DNA of 64,000 nucleotides from Gemmatimonadales bacterium (GCA_041577295.1 JBFGJG010000001.1:224001-288000); one strand, 5' to 3'; counted from the stretch's first letter, positions 1-10,450 are shown. Notes: generated by a model not told the origin, from the sequence alone. A program made the numbers and translations.

Positions 1-77
1 GTGCATCGGTCTGACCCGCCGAATAGAGTGTCGCGAGACCCATTGCCAGCAAGGCAAGGGTGGCCAGGATTAGTGGC

Positions 78-1967
78 TTATCGACGCCGTGGCGTGTCAC
101 GCGGCGTGGTGCTGCGAGGTGAAGGTCGGTCTGTGGACGGGGTCGGAATGATCGGTACGGGCATCGGCGCAGAATCGTCGGGCACCGTGAGCTCGACATC
201 GGTCGCGGTTGCAGCCGGGGTGTCCTCCCCCAAGAGGTGCCGCGCGATCATCTGGGTTACAATGGGCGCCACCGACGAGCCGTGCTCGCCGAACTCGACA
301 ATCGCCCCCGCCATCACCTGCGGGTTCTCTGCCGGCGCAAAGGCAATGAACCACCCATGGTCAGGTCCATGCGCGTTTTGTGCGGTCCCGGTCTTGCCCG
401 CAATGTGCAGATTGGCGATCCGCGCACCCACGGCCGTTCCACGCGACACCACGGCAACCAGTGCCTCACGGAGGCCCAAGAGCGATTCCTCATCCAGACC
501 CAAGGTCATGCGGCTCTGACTCGATGCCGGCTCAACGATCCAAGGCTCGGGTGCCACGCCCTCGGTGTTGGCGAGCATTGCGTAAAAACGCATCATGCCG
601 AGAAGAGTCTGCGAGTTTTCTCCCTGCCCAATTGCGAGGTTCAACGTGACGGCGTTCGTCCAACCGCGAGGCCCGTAACGGCGATTGTAATACTCGGGCG
701 ATGCGGGGAAGATGGGGGCGACCTCGTTGGGAAGGTCGATGCCAGTAACCTCCCGAAAGCCAAGCGCACTGGCGTCCTGAAGCAAGTTGGGAAGCTGTAA
801 CCGCAGTCCGAGTTGATAAAAATAGACATCGCAGGAGTGCTGAATGGCTTCGGCCAGGTTCAGGTCTCCGTGCCCCTGCACCCGCCAACACCGGAAGTAA
901 CGGTTGTAATAGCGAAGGCCTCCTGCGCACGGGATTGGCATCCGGCTTTCGAGACCTACAATTCCCCGCTTCATCGCCACCGCTGCGACTACGAGTTTCC
1001 ATGGTGACGCGGGTGGGTACCGGGCTTGAATGACGCGATTGAGCAACGGTGAGTCTTCCGCGCGTGAGAGATTGCGCCACAACTCCGGGTCGATCCCCCC
1101 GACAAATGCGTTGGGGTCGAAACCCGGGGATGAGTACAGGGCCAACACCGCTCCACTCCGCGGATCCATCACGATCGCGGCTCCACGCTGCTCTGATGGG
1201 AAGATCTCCGATACGTACCGCTGGAGGCCGATCTCGAGGCTCGTCCGAATGGTCTCACCGGGCTGCGGTTCGAGTTGGGACTCCTCGCGCGCCTCTCGCA
1301 CCGCACGTCCCAGCGCATCCACCTCGAGAAACCGCACCCCATCACTCCCTCGCACCCGATTGTCATACTCGCGTTCGAGACCATCCCGTCCCACGAGGGT
1401 ACCCAGCCGTGCGGCGGGGAACGTGTTGGCCTCCAGCTCGGCCTCCGTGACCTCACCAACGTATCCCACGACGTGCGCCGCCACTGCACCAAACGGATAG
1501 CGCCGCTTGGGCTCGCTCTGAATCACCAGCCCAGGAATCCAGGCGCGCCGTTCCTCCAGCGCCGACACGACCTCGAACGAGGCGTCCGGCACGATGACGA
1601 CGGGTTCGTGGGACCGGCGACGGTACCGCTGGACGATCCGCTCGATCTGCACGCTATCGAGCGCTGCCATCGGCGAGACCCGCTCGAGCGTCGCCCGCAG
1701 AGAGTCCACCGATGGAGCGATGAGCGCCACCGCGTATCCCGGTACGTTGTCGGCGAGCGCGACGCCGTTGCGATCGGTGATGAGCCCGCGCGGTGCGGGG
1801 ACCGTCACGGGGCGCAGCCGATTCTCTTCCGATTGAAGGCGATACCGATCCGAGCCGAGCACCTGCAGTCGAAAAAAGGCCAGCGTCATCAAGCCAAACA
1901 CGGCCATGACCATGTATCGTCCGACCGCCTCGCGGCGCATCCTCCTATGCTGGTGGTGCCAGTTCAT
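78..1967 (-). CDS. mrdA: Penicillin-binding protein 2
   Basis: SxxK (PASPWK), SxD (HSCDVYFY) and KTG motifs; N-terminal TM segment. Start moved to ATG 1967, which overlaps the mreD stop (ATGA). Confidence 0.93.
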   Translation of the reverse strand: MNWHHQHRRMRREAVGRYMVMAVFGLMTLAFFRLQVLGSDRYRLQSEENRLRPVTVPAPRGLITDRNGVALADNVPGYAVALIAPSVDSLRATLERVSPMAALDSVQIERIVQRYRRRSHEPVVIVPDASFEVVSALEERRAWIPGLVIQSEPKRRYPFGAVAAHVVGYVGEVTEAELEANTFPAARLGTLVGRDGLEREYDNRVRGSDGVRFLEVDALGRAVREAREESQLEPQPGETIRTSLEIGLQRYVSEIFPSEQRGAAIVMDPRSGAVLALYSSPGFDPNAFVGGIDPELWRNLSRAEDSPLLNRVIQARYPPASPWKLVVAAVAMKRGIVGLESRMPIPCAGGLRYYNRYFRCWRVQGHGDLNLAEAIQHSCDVYFYQLGLRLQLPNLLQDASALGFREVTGIDLPNEVAPIFPASPEYYNRRYGPRGWTNAVTLNLAIGQGENSQTLLGMMRFYAMLANTEGVAPEPWIVEPASSQSRMTLGLDEESLLGLREALVAVVSRGTAVGARIANLHIAGKTGTAQNAHGPDHGWFIAFAPAENPQVMAGAIVEFGEHGSSVAPIVTQMIARHLLGEDTPAATATDVELTVPDDSAPMPVPIIPTPSTDRPSPRSTTPRDTPRRR

Positions 1968-2461
1968 TCCGCGACCCGAAGCGCCAGCCACCGGCGGAAC
2001 GTGGCTAATACGGCGACACCCAGCAGCGCGGTCGTCGCCGCCTTCAACACGGACCACAAGGCGAGCTGCCAGAACAATGCTGTGCTATCCACGTGCTGTC
2101 CGGCGATGAGCACCAGGAGATCTCGAACCCATGTACCAACAAAGAAGAACCCCGCATTGACGGCAAGGTTCTCAGCGAAAAATACCGCCTTGCCCCAGGC
2201 CGCCAGATACCCCACGGCGAGGTGGGCAAACGCGTTCGCACCAAACGCCACCGGCGTGAGTGCGTCCGCTAGCAGCCCCACGACGAAACCGGCCACCGCC
2301 GCCGCACCCGGCCGGGCGCCAATGGCGTACACCATCAGCGCGAGCAGCAACATGTCCGGCGCGATGCGAGAGTCGCCCAGAAAAGGCCGCAGGACAAAAT
2401 GCAGCACCACGAGGAGCCCGATGACGACGGTGGCGCGCAGCGGCTCCCGCCGGGCCGTCAC
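1964..2461 (-). CDS. mreD: Rod shape-determining protein MreD
   Basis: 165-aa polytopic membrane protein between mreC and mrdA. Confidence 0.85.
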   Translation of the reverse strand: MTARREPLRATVVIGLLVVLHFVLRPFLGDSRIAPDMLLLALMVYAIGARPGAAAVAGFVVGLLADALTPVAFGANAFAHLAVGYLAAWGKAVFFAENLAVNAGFFFVGTWVRDLLVLIAGQHVDSTALFWQLALWSVLKAATTALLGVAVLATFRRWLALRVAE

Positions 2462-3303
2462 TCGGGTTCCTCAAACGCGGGTGTGAGATCGAGCGCGCGC
2501 TCTAACAGAACGATGACATGCGAAACAGATCCGGGATGGACCCGCGGTCGCACGATGTAAGTGCGTGACCACCCCTCACGCTCCTCAGCCACACCCACCA
2601 CGTCGCCAATGGGAATCCCGCGGGGGTAGAGACCACCACTACCCCCCAAACCGGACGTGTAGACCACCGTTCCAGGCAGTACAGATTCCCGATAAGGCAC
2701 ACCGCGCAGCTCGAGCAGCGTTTCGTTCGGCCCATCGCTACCTCCTGGCGCAATGATCCCGAAGACCGAGCCGTCGAGCGTCATGGCGCTGACACGGAAC
2801 TCCGGGTGGGCCCACACCGCTGCGACGGCCGTGTTTGCCTCGACGCTTCGGATCACACCGACCAACCCACCCGGCGCCACCACGGGCGCGGTAGGCCGCA
2901 CACCGTCGTTCGCCCCGATACTCAGCACCAATGTGTACCCATCCGTTGGAATCGCCTGATGCAACACCTCGGCTCCGCGGTGCGGGCTCGCAATGCGCCG
3001 GGACAGCGCGAGGCTCTCCCGAAGACGTTGGTTCTCCTCGCGCAGCGCGTCGATGCCCTGGGCCGCCACGAGCGCCGAATCGCGTTGCGTGACCAGCGCC
3101 GTGTAGCGGACTCGGGCGTTCTTGATCAGCTCCGCCTGCCGTTGGAGCGAGAGGAGCGGTGCGAGCACCGTACTGCGGATCAAGGACGCCAGAGGCTCCT
3201 GCACACTGGGCGGAGCCGTACGGGCCAGCACCGAGAGGAGCAGACAAACACCGAATGCGATGGTATCACGTCGCGACGTGAACCGATTGGGGGAACTACC
3301 CAC
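2458..3303 (-). CDS. mreC: Rod shape-determining protein MreC
   Basis: TM segment, coiled coil (LREENQRLRESL), GLVG and TSGLGG..YPRGIPIG motifs; follows mreB. Confidence 0.9.
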   Translation of the reverse strand: MGSSPNRFTSRRDTIAFGVCLLLSVLARTAPPSVQEPLASLIRSTVLAPLLSLQRQAELIKNARVRYTALVTQRDSALVAAQGIDALREENQRLRESLALSRRIASPHRGAEVLHQAIPTDGYTLVLSIGANDGVRPTAPVVAPGGLVGVIRSVEANTAVAAVWAHPEFRVSAMTLDGSVFGIIAPGGSDGPNETLLELRGVPYRESVLPGTVVYTSGLGGSGGLYPRGIPIGDVVGVAEEREGWSRTYIVRPRVHPGSVSHVIVLLERALDLTPAFEEPE

Positions 3304-3309
3304 GGCAAC

Positions 3310-4347
3310 CTAGGTGGTGAGCACCGAGCGATACTTCTCGGGGTCCTCCAAGATTCTCCCCGTTCCCCGCACGACACATGTGAGGGGGTCCTCGTCGACA
3401 CGGATGGGGAGTGATGTTTCCTGCGACAATGCCACGTCGAGTCCGCGAATGAGCGACCCGCCTCCCGCCATCACGATCCCGCGATCGACGATATCGCTGG
3501 CGAGCTCGGGGGGCGTGATCTCCAACGCGCGCCGGACCGCATCGACAATTTGTTGGATCGGCTCCTGAATCGCCTCACGGATCTCGCTCGAATGGACACG
3601 GACGACCTTGGGAATCCCGGAGACGAGGTCGCGCCCTTTCGCTTCCATCTCGCCCTCCTCACCGATCGGCACGGCGCTGCCAATCTGGATCTTTATGGCC
3701 TCAGCCGTGGGCTCGCCGATGAGCAGGTTGTAGTTCTTGCGCATGAACTGCACGATCGCTTGATCGAGTTCGTCGCCTCCGGTCCGAATGGAGGTATTGC
3801 TCACGATCCCAGAGAGCGCGATGACGGCAATCTCGGTGGTCCCGCCACCGATATCGATCACCATATTACCGGTCGGTGTCTCGACGGGGAGGCCAACCCC
3901 AATGGCGGCGGCCATCGGCTCGTCGACCATGTAGACCTCTTTGGCACCGGCCGAGTGGGCGCTATCGCGTACTGCCCGGCGTTCGACTTCCGTGATACCG
4001 CTCGGGACGCACACGATCACCCGAGGCTTCACGCGCAGTACGTGTTTCTGGATGATCGACGAGAGGAAGTAGCGCAGCATCTTCTCGGTGACGTCAAAGT
4101 CGGCGATAACGCCGTCCTTGAGCGGGCGCACCGCGACGACGCCGTCCGGTGTCCTCCCCAGCATACGCTTCGCCTCCAGTCCGATCCCCTTGATCTTCCC
4201 GGAGGTCTTCTCCACGGCCACGACCGAGGGCTCGTTCAACACGATGCCCTCTCCGCGGACGTAGATCAGCGTATTTGAGGTCCCGAGATCGACTGCGATC
4301 TCGTTGGCAGGCAGGAAGCTGCCTAGGCTAAACTTTGGCCACCGCAT
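3310..4347 (-). CDS. mreB: Actin-like rod shape protein MreB
   Basis: DLGTSNT, EPMAAAIG and DIGGGTTE motifs. Confidence 0.97.
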   Translation of the reverse strand: MRWPKFSLGSFLPANEIAVDLGTSNTLIYVRGEGIVLNEPSVVAVEKTSGKIKGIGLEAKRMLGRTPDGVVAVRPLKDGVIADFDVTEKMLRYFLSSIIQKHVLRVKPRVIVCVPSGITEVERRAVRDSAHSAGAKEVYMVDEPMAAAIGVGLPVETPTGNMVIDIGGGTTEIAVIALSGIVSNTSIRTGGDELDQAIVQFMRKNYNLLIGEPTAEAIKIQIGSAVPIGEEGEMEAKGRDLVSGIPKVVRVHSSEIREAIQEPIQQIVDAVRRALEITPPELASDIVDRGIVMAGGGSLIRGLDVALSQETSLPIRVDEDPLTCVVRGTGRILEDPEKYRSVLTT

Positions 4348-4475
4348 CCGTATGCAATCGTGGTTGACTCTAGGTGGGCTCGGGCGCTAGAGCCCGGGAC
4401 GGCTGCGAAGCCGCAACATAACTGATGCGTCGAAGTTCCCACAAGAGACTGGGTTAGCGTGCGGGCCTTGAAGCA

Positions 4476-5588
4476 TCAGACGAGGGCTTCAGCCTCGACC
4501 AATTCCAGGTCGAAGGCTTCGGCCACACCCGGGTAAACGACCCGCCCCTCAATGACGTTGAGCCCCAGGAACAAGGCGCGATCCTTGGCGCAGGCCGCGC
4601 GCCATCCGTCCCGGGCCAAGCGCCGCGCGTAGGGAAGAGTGGCGTTCGTGAGCGCCAACGTGGAGGTACGGGGAACCGCGCCCGGCATATTGGCGACCCC
4701 ATAGTGCACCACCCCCTCCACCACATACGTCGGGGCGTCATGCGTCGTCGGGCGGATGGTCTCGATGCACCCGCCCTGATCAACCGAAACGTCCACGATG
4801 ACCGACCCGTTCTTCATGATCCGCAGATCGTCCTTCTCCACGAGCTTGGGGGCCTTGGCCCCGGGGAGCAGCACGCCGCCGATCAGCAAATCCGCTCGCT
4901 GGATCTGCTCGACGATGTTACGACGACTGGAGAACACGAGGTCGACGTTGGCCGGCATGACGTCCGACAGATATCGGAGGCGGTCCAGGTTCACATCAAG
5001 GACCGTTACGTGCGCCCCTAAACCGGCAGCCATCTTCGCCGCATTGGTTCCCACCACACCGCCCCCGAGAATCAATACCTCCGCCGGCGAGACGCCCGGG
5101 ACTCCACCGAGCAGCACACCCCGTCCCCCCTGAAACTTCTCGAGGTACTTTGCGCCCTCTTGCACGGCCATGCGCCCTGCCACCTCACTCATTGGCGTGA
5201 GCAGCGGCAGCTCACCGGAGGCGAGCTGCACCGTTTCGTAGGCGATGGCTACGCAACTCGACTCCATAACCGCGCGCGTGAGCGCCTCGCTCGCGGCAAA
5301 GTGAAAGTAGGTGAAGATGACCTGACCGGCTCGCATATGAGACCACTCCGGCTCGATCGGCTCTTTCACCTTCATGATCATCTCAGCTTCACCCCACACC
5401 GTCCCTGCACCGTCGACGATCGTCGCCCCGACACTCGCGTAGTCGTCATCGGTGAAGCCGCTCCCCTCCCCCGCGCCCCGCTGAACCAAGACGGTGTGCC
5501 CATCGCCCACTAGCGCTTCCGCACCCCCAGGGACGAGCGCTACGCGATTTTCCGCGGTCTTGATCTCACTGGGTACGCCGATCTTCAT
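4476..5588 (-). CDS. ald: Alanine dehydrogenase
   Basis: GVPSEIK..ENRVAL, PMSEVAGR, GGGVVG, DQGGC and VANMPGAVP motifs. Confidence 0.95.
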   Translation of the reverse strand: MKIGVPSEIKTAENRVALVPGGAEALVGDGHTVLVQRGAGEGSGFTDDDYASVGATIVDGAGTVWGEAEMIMKVKEPIEPEWSHMRAGQVIFTYFHFAASEALTRAVMESSCVAIAYETVQLASGELPLLTPMSEVAGRMAVQEGAKYLEKFQGGRGVLLGGVPGVSPAEVLILGGGVVGTNAAKMAAGLGAHVTVLDVNLDRLRYLSDVMPANVDLVFSSRRNIVEQIQRADLLIGGVLLPGAKAPKLVEKDDLRIMKNGSVIVDVSVDQGGCIETIRPTTHDAPTYVVEGVVHYGVANMPGAVPRTSTLALTNATLPYARRLARDGWRAACAKDRALFLGLNVIEGRVVYPGVAEAFDLELVEAEALV

Positions 5589-5617
5589 GGCTTCTCTCGC
5601 TTACGAGCAGTCCCGTG

Positions 5618-6868
5618 TCAGTTGGGTCCTAGCCACACGACCGTCTGTCGGTCGGGGTTGAGGAACTCTTGAGCCACGGCGGCCACCTCGCTGGACTCGA
5701 CCCGGTCGATATCCGATAGGATCTGGTCGATCGTCCGGTACGGTGCACCATAAAGGGGCACTGCTGCAAGACGGTACATGCGGGCAGAGGGACTCTCGAG
5801 GGACAGGGTGATCTGTCCCTTGAGCTGTTGCTTCGCCTCCGTCAACGCGTCGTCCGGTAGGCCGGCCGATGCAAGCGTCCTCAATTCCTCGAGGATGACC
5901 TCGACCGCCTGCGATGCGGTCGACGGATGCGAGCCAACGTACACACCCGTCACACCGGTTTGCCTGTAAAACGATTGAAAGCTGTAGATGGCGTATGCGA
6001 GCCCTAACTCTTCCCGCACACGCTGAAACAGCCTGCTCGACATGCCGTTGCCGAGCACGCCGTTGAGGAGCATCAGGGCTTCGCGACGCCTGTCTGTGTA
6101 GGCAAACGTGTCCGTTCCGAGCACCACATGTGTCTGGGCGGTATCGCGGGCAACACGACGCTGCACCCGACACGCTGGCGGCACCGGCGCGATGGCTTTG
6201 GGAACTGGGCCGGGATCGAACGTGAACCAGCCGCACTTGCCAAGCAGCTTGAGCAGAATCTCGTGGGTGAGATTCCCAGCCGCGGCAATGATCACGTGGC
6301 GCGGGTGATACGTCCCCCCATGGAGCGCGCGAAGATCTGCCGTCTCCAAACGGCTCACCGTTTCACGTGTCCCCAGGATGGGGAATCCGTAGGGATGCTC
6401 TGGCCACAGGGACTGCGCGTGGAGATCGAAGACCAGATCGTCCGGCGTATCCTCGACGGTGCTAATTTCTTCGAGGACCACCTTACGCTCGAGGTCGAGG
6501 TCGGACTGTCGCAGCGTCGGATTGCGAACGATATCGGTCAGGACGTCGAGGGCTCGGGGCAAGTCCTCATCGAGCACCCGCGCCTGATAGGATGTGTGGT
6601 CACGCGCCGTGAAGGCATCGAGCGAGCCACCCCGGACCTCGAGCTCGAGCGCGATGTCGCGGGCACTCCGTCGCTGCGTCCCCTTGAATACCATGTGCTC
6701 GAGGAGGTGAGACACCCCCATGTGTCCGGAATCCTCATGGGCGGTGGCGGTCTTGACCCAGACGCCAACCGCCACCGAGCGCACCGATGGCAGGGCCTCG
6801 GACATGACCACGACGCCGTTGGGCGCCTCGGTCCGGTAGAGCCGTTCGTCCAACGCGACGGTCTGCAC
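5618..6868 (-). CDS. M16 family zinc peptidase (processing protease)
   Basis: Inverted zinc motif HLLEH and SSRLFQRVRE; usual position downstream of pnp; GTG start. Confidence 0.9.
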   Translation of the reverse strand: MQTVALDERLYRTEAPNGVVVMSEALPSVRSVAVGVWVKTATAHEDSGHMGVSHLLEHMVFKGTQRRSARDIALELEVRGGSLDAFTARDHTSYQARVLDEDLPRALDVLTDIVRNPTLRQSDLDLERKVVLEEISTVEDTPDDLVFDLHAQSLWPEHPYGFPILGTRETVSRLETADLRALHGGTYHPRHVIIAAAGNLTHEILLKLLGKCGWFTFDPGPVPKAIAPVPPACRVQRRVARDTAQTHVVLGTDTFAYTDRRREALMLLNGVLGNGMSSRLFQRVREELGLAYAIYSFQSFYRQTGVTGVYVGSHPSTASQAVEVILEELRTLASAGLPDDALTEAKQQLKGQITLSLESPSARMYRLAAVPLYGAPYRTIDQILSDIDRVESSEVAAVAQEFLNPDRQTVVWLGPN

Positions 6869-9003
6869 GTGCCCCAGTGCTTCTTCGTCGTTTGCTGTTC
6901 CTGTTCCGCCGCCTTGTGGTCGTTCTTTTCCAGAAGTGCCTTACGAGAGAGCCGCATCTTTCCGCGATCGTCCACCTCGAGGAGCTTCACGCGGACGCGA
7001 TCACCCTTTTTCACGACGTCTTCGGTTCGCTCGGTGCGGCTGTGCTGCAGTTCGGAGATGTGCAGTAAGCCCTCGCGACCGGGGAGAATCTCGACGAAGG
7101 CACCGAAGTTGGTCGTGCTCTTCACCACACCTTCGTATACCGCACCGACCTCGGGCTCGCGCACGAGGTTTTCGATCATTGCCCGCGCGCGCTCACCTGC
7201 TGCTCCGTCGACACTGGAAATGGTGATCAGACCGGAGTCGTCGATGTTGATCTCCGCGCCCGTCTCCTCCTGGATGCCACGGATCACCTTACCCTTGGGA
7301 CCGATGACCTCGCCGATGCGTTCCGGGTTGATCTCGATCGTGATGATGCGCGGCGCGTATTTGGATAGCGTCGAGCGCGCGGTCGCCAGCGTGTCGGCCA
7401 TTCTGTCGAGAATGTGGAGTCGGCCCTGCTTCGCCTTGTACAACGCTTCGCGGAGCACCTCGAGGGACAGACCGCCAATCTTGTTGTCCATCTGGATCGA
7501 GGTGACTCCCTCGCGCGTGCCCGCCACCTTGAAGTCCATGTCGCCGAGGTGATCTTCGGTGCCAAGAATGTCGGTCAGCACCGCGATCTGATCGCCCTCC
7601 TTTATGAGCCCCATTGCCACGCCGGCGCACGGGCCCTTGATGGGCACCCCGGCATCCATCAACGCTAAGGAGCCACCGCAGACCGTTGCCATCGAGGAGG
7701 AACCATTGGACTCCAGGATGTCGGACACCAGTCGAATGGTGTACGGGAACTCCTCATACGGCGGAAGCAGCGCCTGCAGCGCACGCTCGGCGAGGTTCCC
7801 GTGACCGATCTCCCGCCGCGATACGCCGCGAACTGGTCGCACTTCGCCTGTGGAGAAGGGCGGGAAGTTGTAATGGAGCATGAAGCTCTTCGTGGTGTCC
7901 TCTGGCATATCGATGTTGTCGATCCGCTGCTCATCGGACACCGTTCCTAGCGTGGTGCTGACGAGCGCTTGGGTCTGACCCCGCGTGAAGAGTGCCGAAC
8001 CATGGGCGCGGGGCAGAACACCGACCTCGCATGCAATTGGGCGCACCACGTCGAGGCCCCGTCCGTCGATCCGCTCGCCCCGTTCGAGAACCTGTCGCCG
8101 CATGCTCGTGTATTCGAGATCGCCCAGGACGGCCTTGATCTCGCCTTCCTGCTCTGGAAACTCGTCGACCAAATCCTCGAGGATCTCGTCCTGCACGGCC
8201 GCAAGCGCGGTGGCCCGCTCGGCCTTTTCCGCCAGGTTGAGCGCACTCTGGATCTTGGGCTCCGCCATGCCCCGGACGCGAGCATCGACATCGGCGGAAG
8301 GCGTGGCCTTCACAAACTCGAGCTTCGGCTGAGCGGCAGGCCGAATGACTTCCAACTCCAAGTCCACCAGCTCGGCCAATCCACGCTGTGCGAACGCGAG
8401 CGCGTCCGCGATCTCATCGTCCTGCACCTCGAGCGCCCCGCCCTCGACCATGATGATCGAGTCCGCGTTGCCCGAGACGACCAAGTCGATGTCGCTGAAC
8501 TCCAATTGGCGGAACGTTGGATTGATCACCCACTCCCCATCAATGCGTCCCACGCGGACACCTGCCACCGGTCCGCTCCACGGCGTGCGGGAAATCGCGA
8601 GCGCCGTCGATGCGGCGGTGACACCCAACACGTCAGCGTCATTCTCCTGATCCGCCGACAGCACGTACACGAAGACCTGCACTTCGTTGCGGAAACCCTT
8701 GGGGAACAACGGGCGGATCGAGCGATCGATCAACCGGGCCGCAAGGATCTCGTGTTCCGTCGGTCGTCCCTCACGCTTGAAGAAACCGCCGGGGATCCGC
8801 CCGGCGGCATAGCTCTTTTCTCGGTATTCGACAGTGAGGGGAAAGAAGGGGAGCGCCGTCTCCGAGTCGGCGACCGTCACGGCCGCAAGGACCAGGGTAT
8901 CGCCGTACTGGGCTAGTACACTGCCCGCTGCCTGCTTCGCCACCCGACCGGTCTCCAACCGGAACGACGTTCCGGCGAAGGACCGTTCAACTTTGTGCAC
9001 CAT
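6538..9003 (-). CDS. pnp: Polyribonucleotide nucleotidyltransferase; ORF runs about 110 codons past the expected end
   Basis: RNase PH domains (RSIRPLFP, RREIGHG, ESNGSSSMA, GDMDFK), KH and S1 domains. Homology ends near 6900; see finding. Confidence 0.95.
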   Translation of the reverse strand: MVHKVERSFAGTSFRLETGRVAKQAAGSVLAQYGDTLVLAAVTVADSETALPFFPLTVEYREKSYAAGRIPGGFFKREGRPTEHEILAARLIDRSIRPLFPKGFRNEVQVFVYVLSADQENDADVLGVTAASTALAISRTPWSGPVAGVRVGRIDGEWVINPTFRQLEFSDIDLVVSGNADSIIMVEGGALEVQDDEIADALAFAQRGLAELVDLELEVIRPAAQPKLEFVKATPSADVDARVRGMAEPKIQSALNLAEKAERATALAAVQDEILEDLVDEFPEQEGEIKAVLGDLEYTSMRRQVLERGERIDGRGLDVVRPIACEVGVLPRAHGSALFTRGQTQALVSTTLGTVSDEQRIDNIDMPEDTTKSFMLHYNFPPFSTGEVRPVRGVSRREIGHGNLAERALQALLPPYEEFPYTIRLVSDILESNGSSSMATVCGGSLALMDAGVPIKGPCAGVAMGLIKEGDQIAVLTDILGTEDHLGDMDFKVAGTREGVTSIQMDNKIGGLSLEVLREALYKAKQGRLHILDRMADTLATARSTLSKYAPRIITIEINPERIGEVIGPKGKVIRGIQEETGAEINIDDSGLITISSVDGAAGERARAMIENLVREPEVGAVYEGVVKSTTNFGAFVEILPGREGLLHISELQHSRTERTEDVVKKGDRVRVKLLEVDDRGKMRLSRKALLEKNDHKAAEQEQQTTKKHWGTCRPSRWTNGSTGPRRPTASWSCPRPCHRCARWRLASGSRPPPPMRIPDTWGCLTSSSTWYSRGRSDGVPATSRSSSRSGVARSMPSRRVTTHPIRRGCSMRTCPEPSTS

Positions 9004-9036
9004 TGTGAGTTCCTATCGAGCACGGGAAGATGCCGA

Positions 9037-9068
9037 GAGGCGCCCGAGGTGCTCGGCTCGGACGCCTC
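9037..9068 (-). promoter_or_regulatory. Stem-loop in the rpsO-pnp spacer (possible RNase III or processing site)
   Basis: gaggcg/cgcctc and ccgag/ctcgg arms are seen; function inferred by analogy to the E. coli pnp leader. Confidence 0.35.
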
Positions 9069-9087
9069 ACGCCTGCGCCGCACTAGT

Positions 9088-9348
9088 TTAATGACGGAGG
9101 CCCAACGCGTCGATGAGCTGACGGTAGGTTTCGAGATCCGTGCGTTTGAGATAGTCCAATAGGCGGCGCCGGCGACTCACCATCTGGAGCAAGCCCCGCC
9201 GCCCGTGGTAATCTTTCGAATGCGTCCGGAAGTGCTCGGTCAACCGATTGATACGCTCGGTGAGCAAGGCAATCTGGACCCGGGCCGATCCCGTGTCCCG
9301 TTCATGAATGCCGTGCTGCTGGACTACAACCTGCGTGTCAACGCCCAT
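9088..9348 (-). CDS. rpsO: 30S ribosomal protein S15
   Basis: [13 protein letters not shown] and H.KD.H.RRGLL motifs. Confidence 0.97.
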   Translation of the reverse strand: MGVDTQVVVQQHGIHERDTGSARVQIALLTERINRLTEHFRTHSKDYHGRRGLLQMVSRRRRLLDYLKRTDLETYRQLIDALGLRH

Positions 9349-9449
9349 TACTATGCTGCCTCCACGGCGCAGGGACGCCGTTGTAAAATGCTCTATTTCA
9401 TCTCAGCACAGCAATTTAGCCTCGGTCGGATTCCCTGTAAAGCCCGCCG

Positions 9450-10436
9450 GTGACACGAGATCCGACTGCCCTGGTAGGACGTTCGCTCGGCCCCTTCACC
9501 GTCCACCGGCTGCTGGGTCAGGGGGGGTTTGCGTGGGTGTTTGCCGCCGAGATGCAGGACGGCGAGGCGGTGGCGCTCAAGGTCCTCAAGCCTCGCTTCG
9601 GCGGGGACCCCATTGTGGAAGCCCGATTTCGCCGCGAGGCCGAAACCGCCGCCAACCTCCGGCACCCCAACATTGTCCGCATCCTGGACGTGGGTGAAAG
9701 CGGGGGATTCGTCTACTTCTGCATGGAATTGTATCCCGACTCGCTCGCAGCCCGGCTGGAACGCGACGGCCCACTCGATGAGCCGAACCTGATTCAGATT
9801 GGGGCCGACGTCGCCAACGGCCTCCAGTTCGCTCACCAGCAGGGCCTCGTGCATCGCGATGTCAACGTCCACAACGTGCTGCTGCATGCCGACGGTGGGG
9901 CCGTGATCGGAGATTTTGGGATCGCGCACGCCATTACGACGGCTCGGCGGGAAAGTCGCGCTCGGGTCACCATTGGAACGCCCCAGTACATGTCACCCGA
10001 GCACGCGCGCGGGCAGCCGCTTGACGGTCGAAGCGATATTTACTCGCTCGGCGTAACCCTGTACAAAGCGGCAACCGGAACGACGCCCTTTACCTCGACC
10101 GACTGGTTCGAGCTCGCGCGGATGCATCTGGAGGAGTCACCGCGTAAACCCCGCACGCTCCGCCCCGAGCTCTCGGCACGAGTCGAGCGGATCATTCTTC
10201 GCTGCCTGGCCAAGGAGCCTTCCGAACGCTACCCAAGCGCGGACGCGCTCCGAGAGGACCTGCAACAGGTGGGCGATCGCCGGCGCCGGACCTCGGGCTT
10301 CGGACGCGTCACCGTCTCCGCCACCGATCGGGACTCGTCCTCAGCCTGGGACCCATGGCTGAGAGTGCTCCTGCCTGTGCTTGCCCTCGTGGTGATTGTC
10401 CTCGTGGCGGCGCTCGTCGTCCTCGCGGGGAGGTAG
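9450..10436 (+). CDS. Hanks-type Ser/Thr protein kinase with C-terminal TM anchor
   Basis: LGQGGFA, VALK, HRD, DFG and GTPQYMSPE motifs; hydrophobic C-terminus. Confidence 0.9.
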   Translation: MTRDPTALVGRSLGPFTVHRLLGQGGFAWVFAAEMQDGEAVALKVLKPRFGGDPIVEARFRREAETAANLRHPNIVRILDVGESGGFVYFCMELYPDSLAARLERDGPLDEPNLIQIGADVANGLQFAHQQGLVHRDVNVHNVLLHADGGAVIGDFGIAHAITTARRESRARVTIGTPQYMSPEHARGQPLDGRSDIYSLGVTLYKAATGTTPFTSTDWFELARMHLEESPRKPRTLRPELSARVERIILRCLAKEPSERYPSADALREDLQQVGDRRRRTSGFGRVTVSATDRDSSSAWDPWLRVLLPVLALVVIVLVAALVVLAGR

Positions 10437-10450
10437 GCGCCGCGGGGGGC

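Noticed and set aside
1..77. Possible start of rodA (minus-strand ATG at position 6)
   Set aside because: Only two codons are visible; the call would rest on synteny alone.
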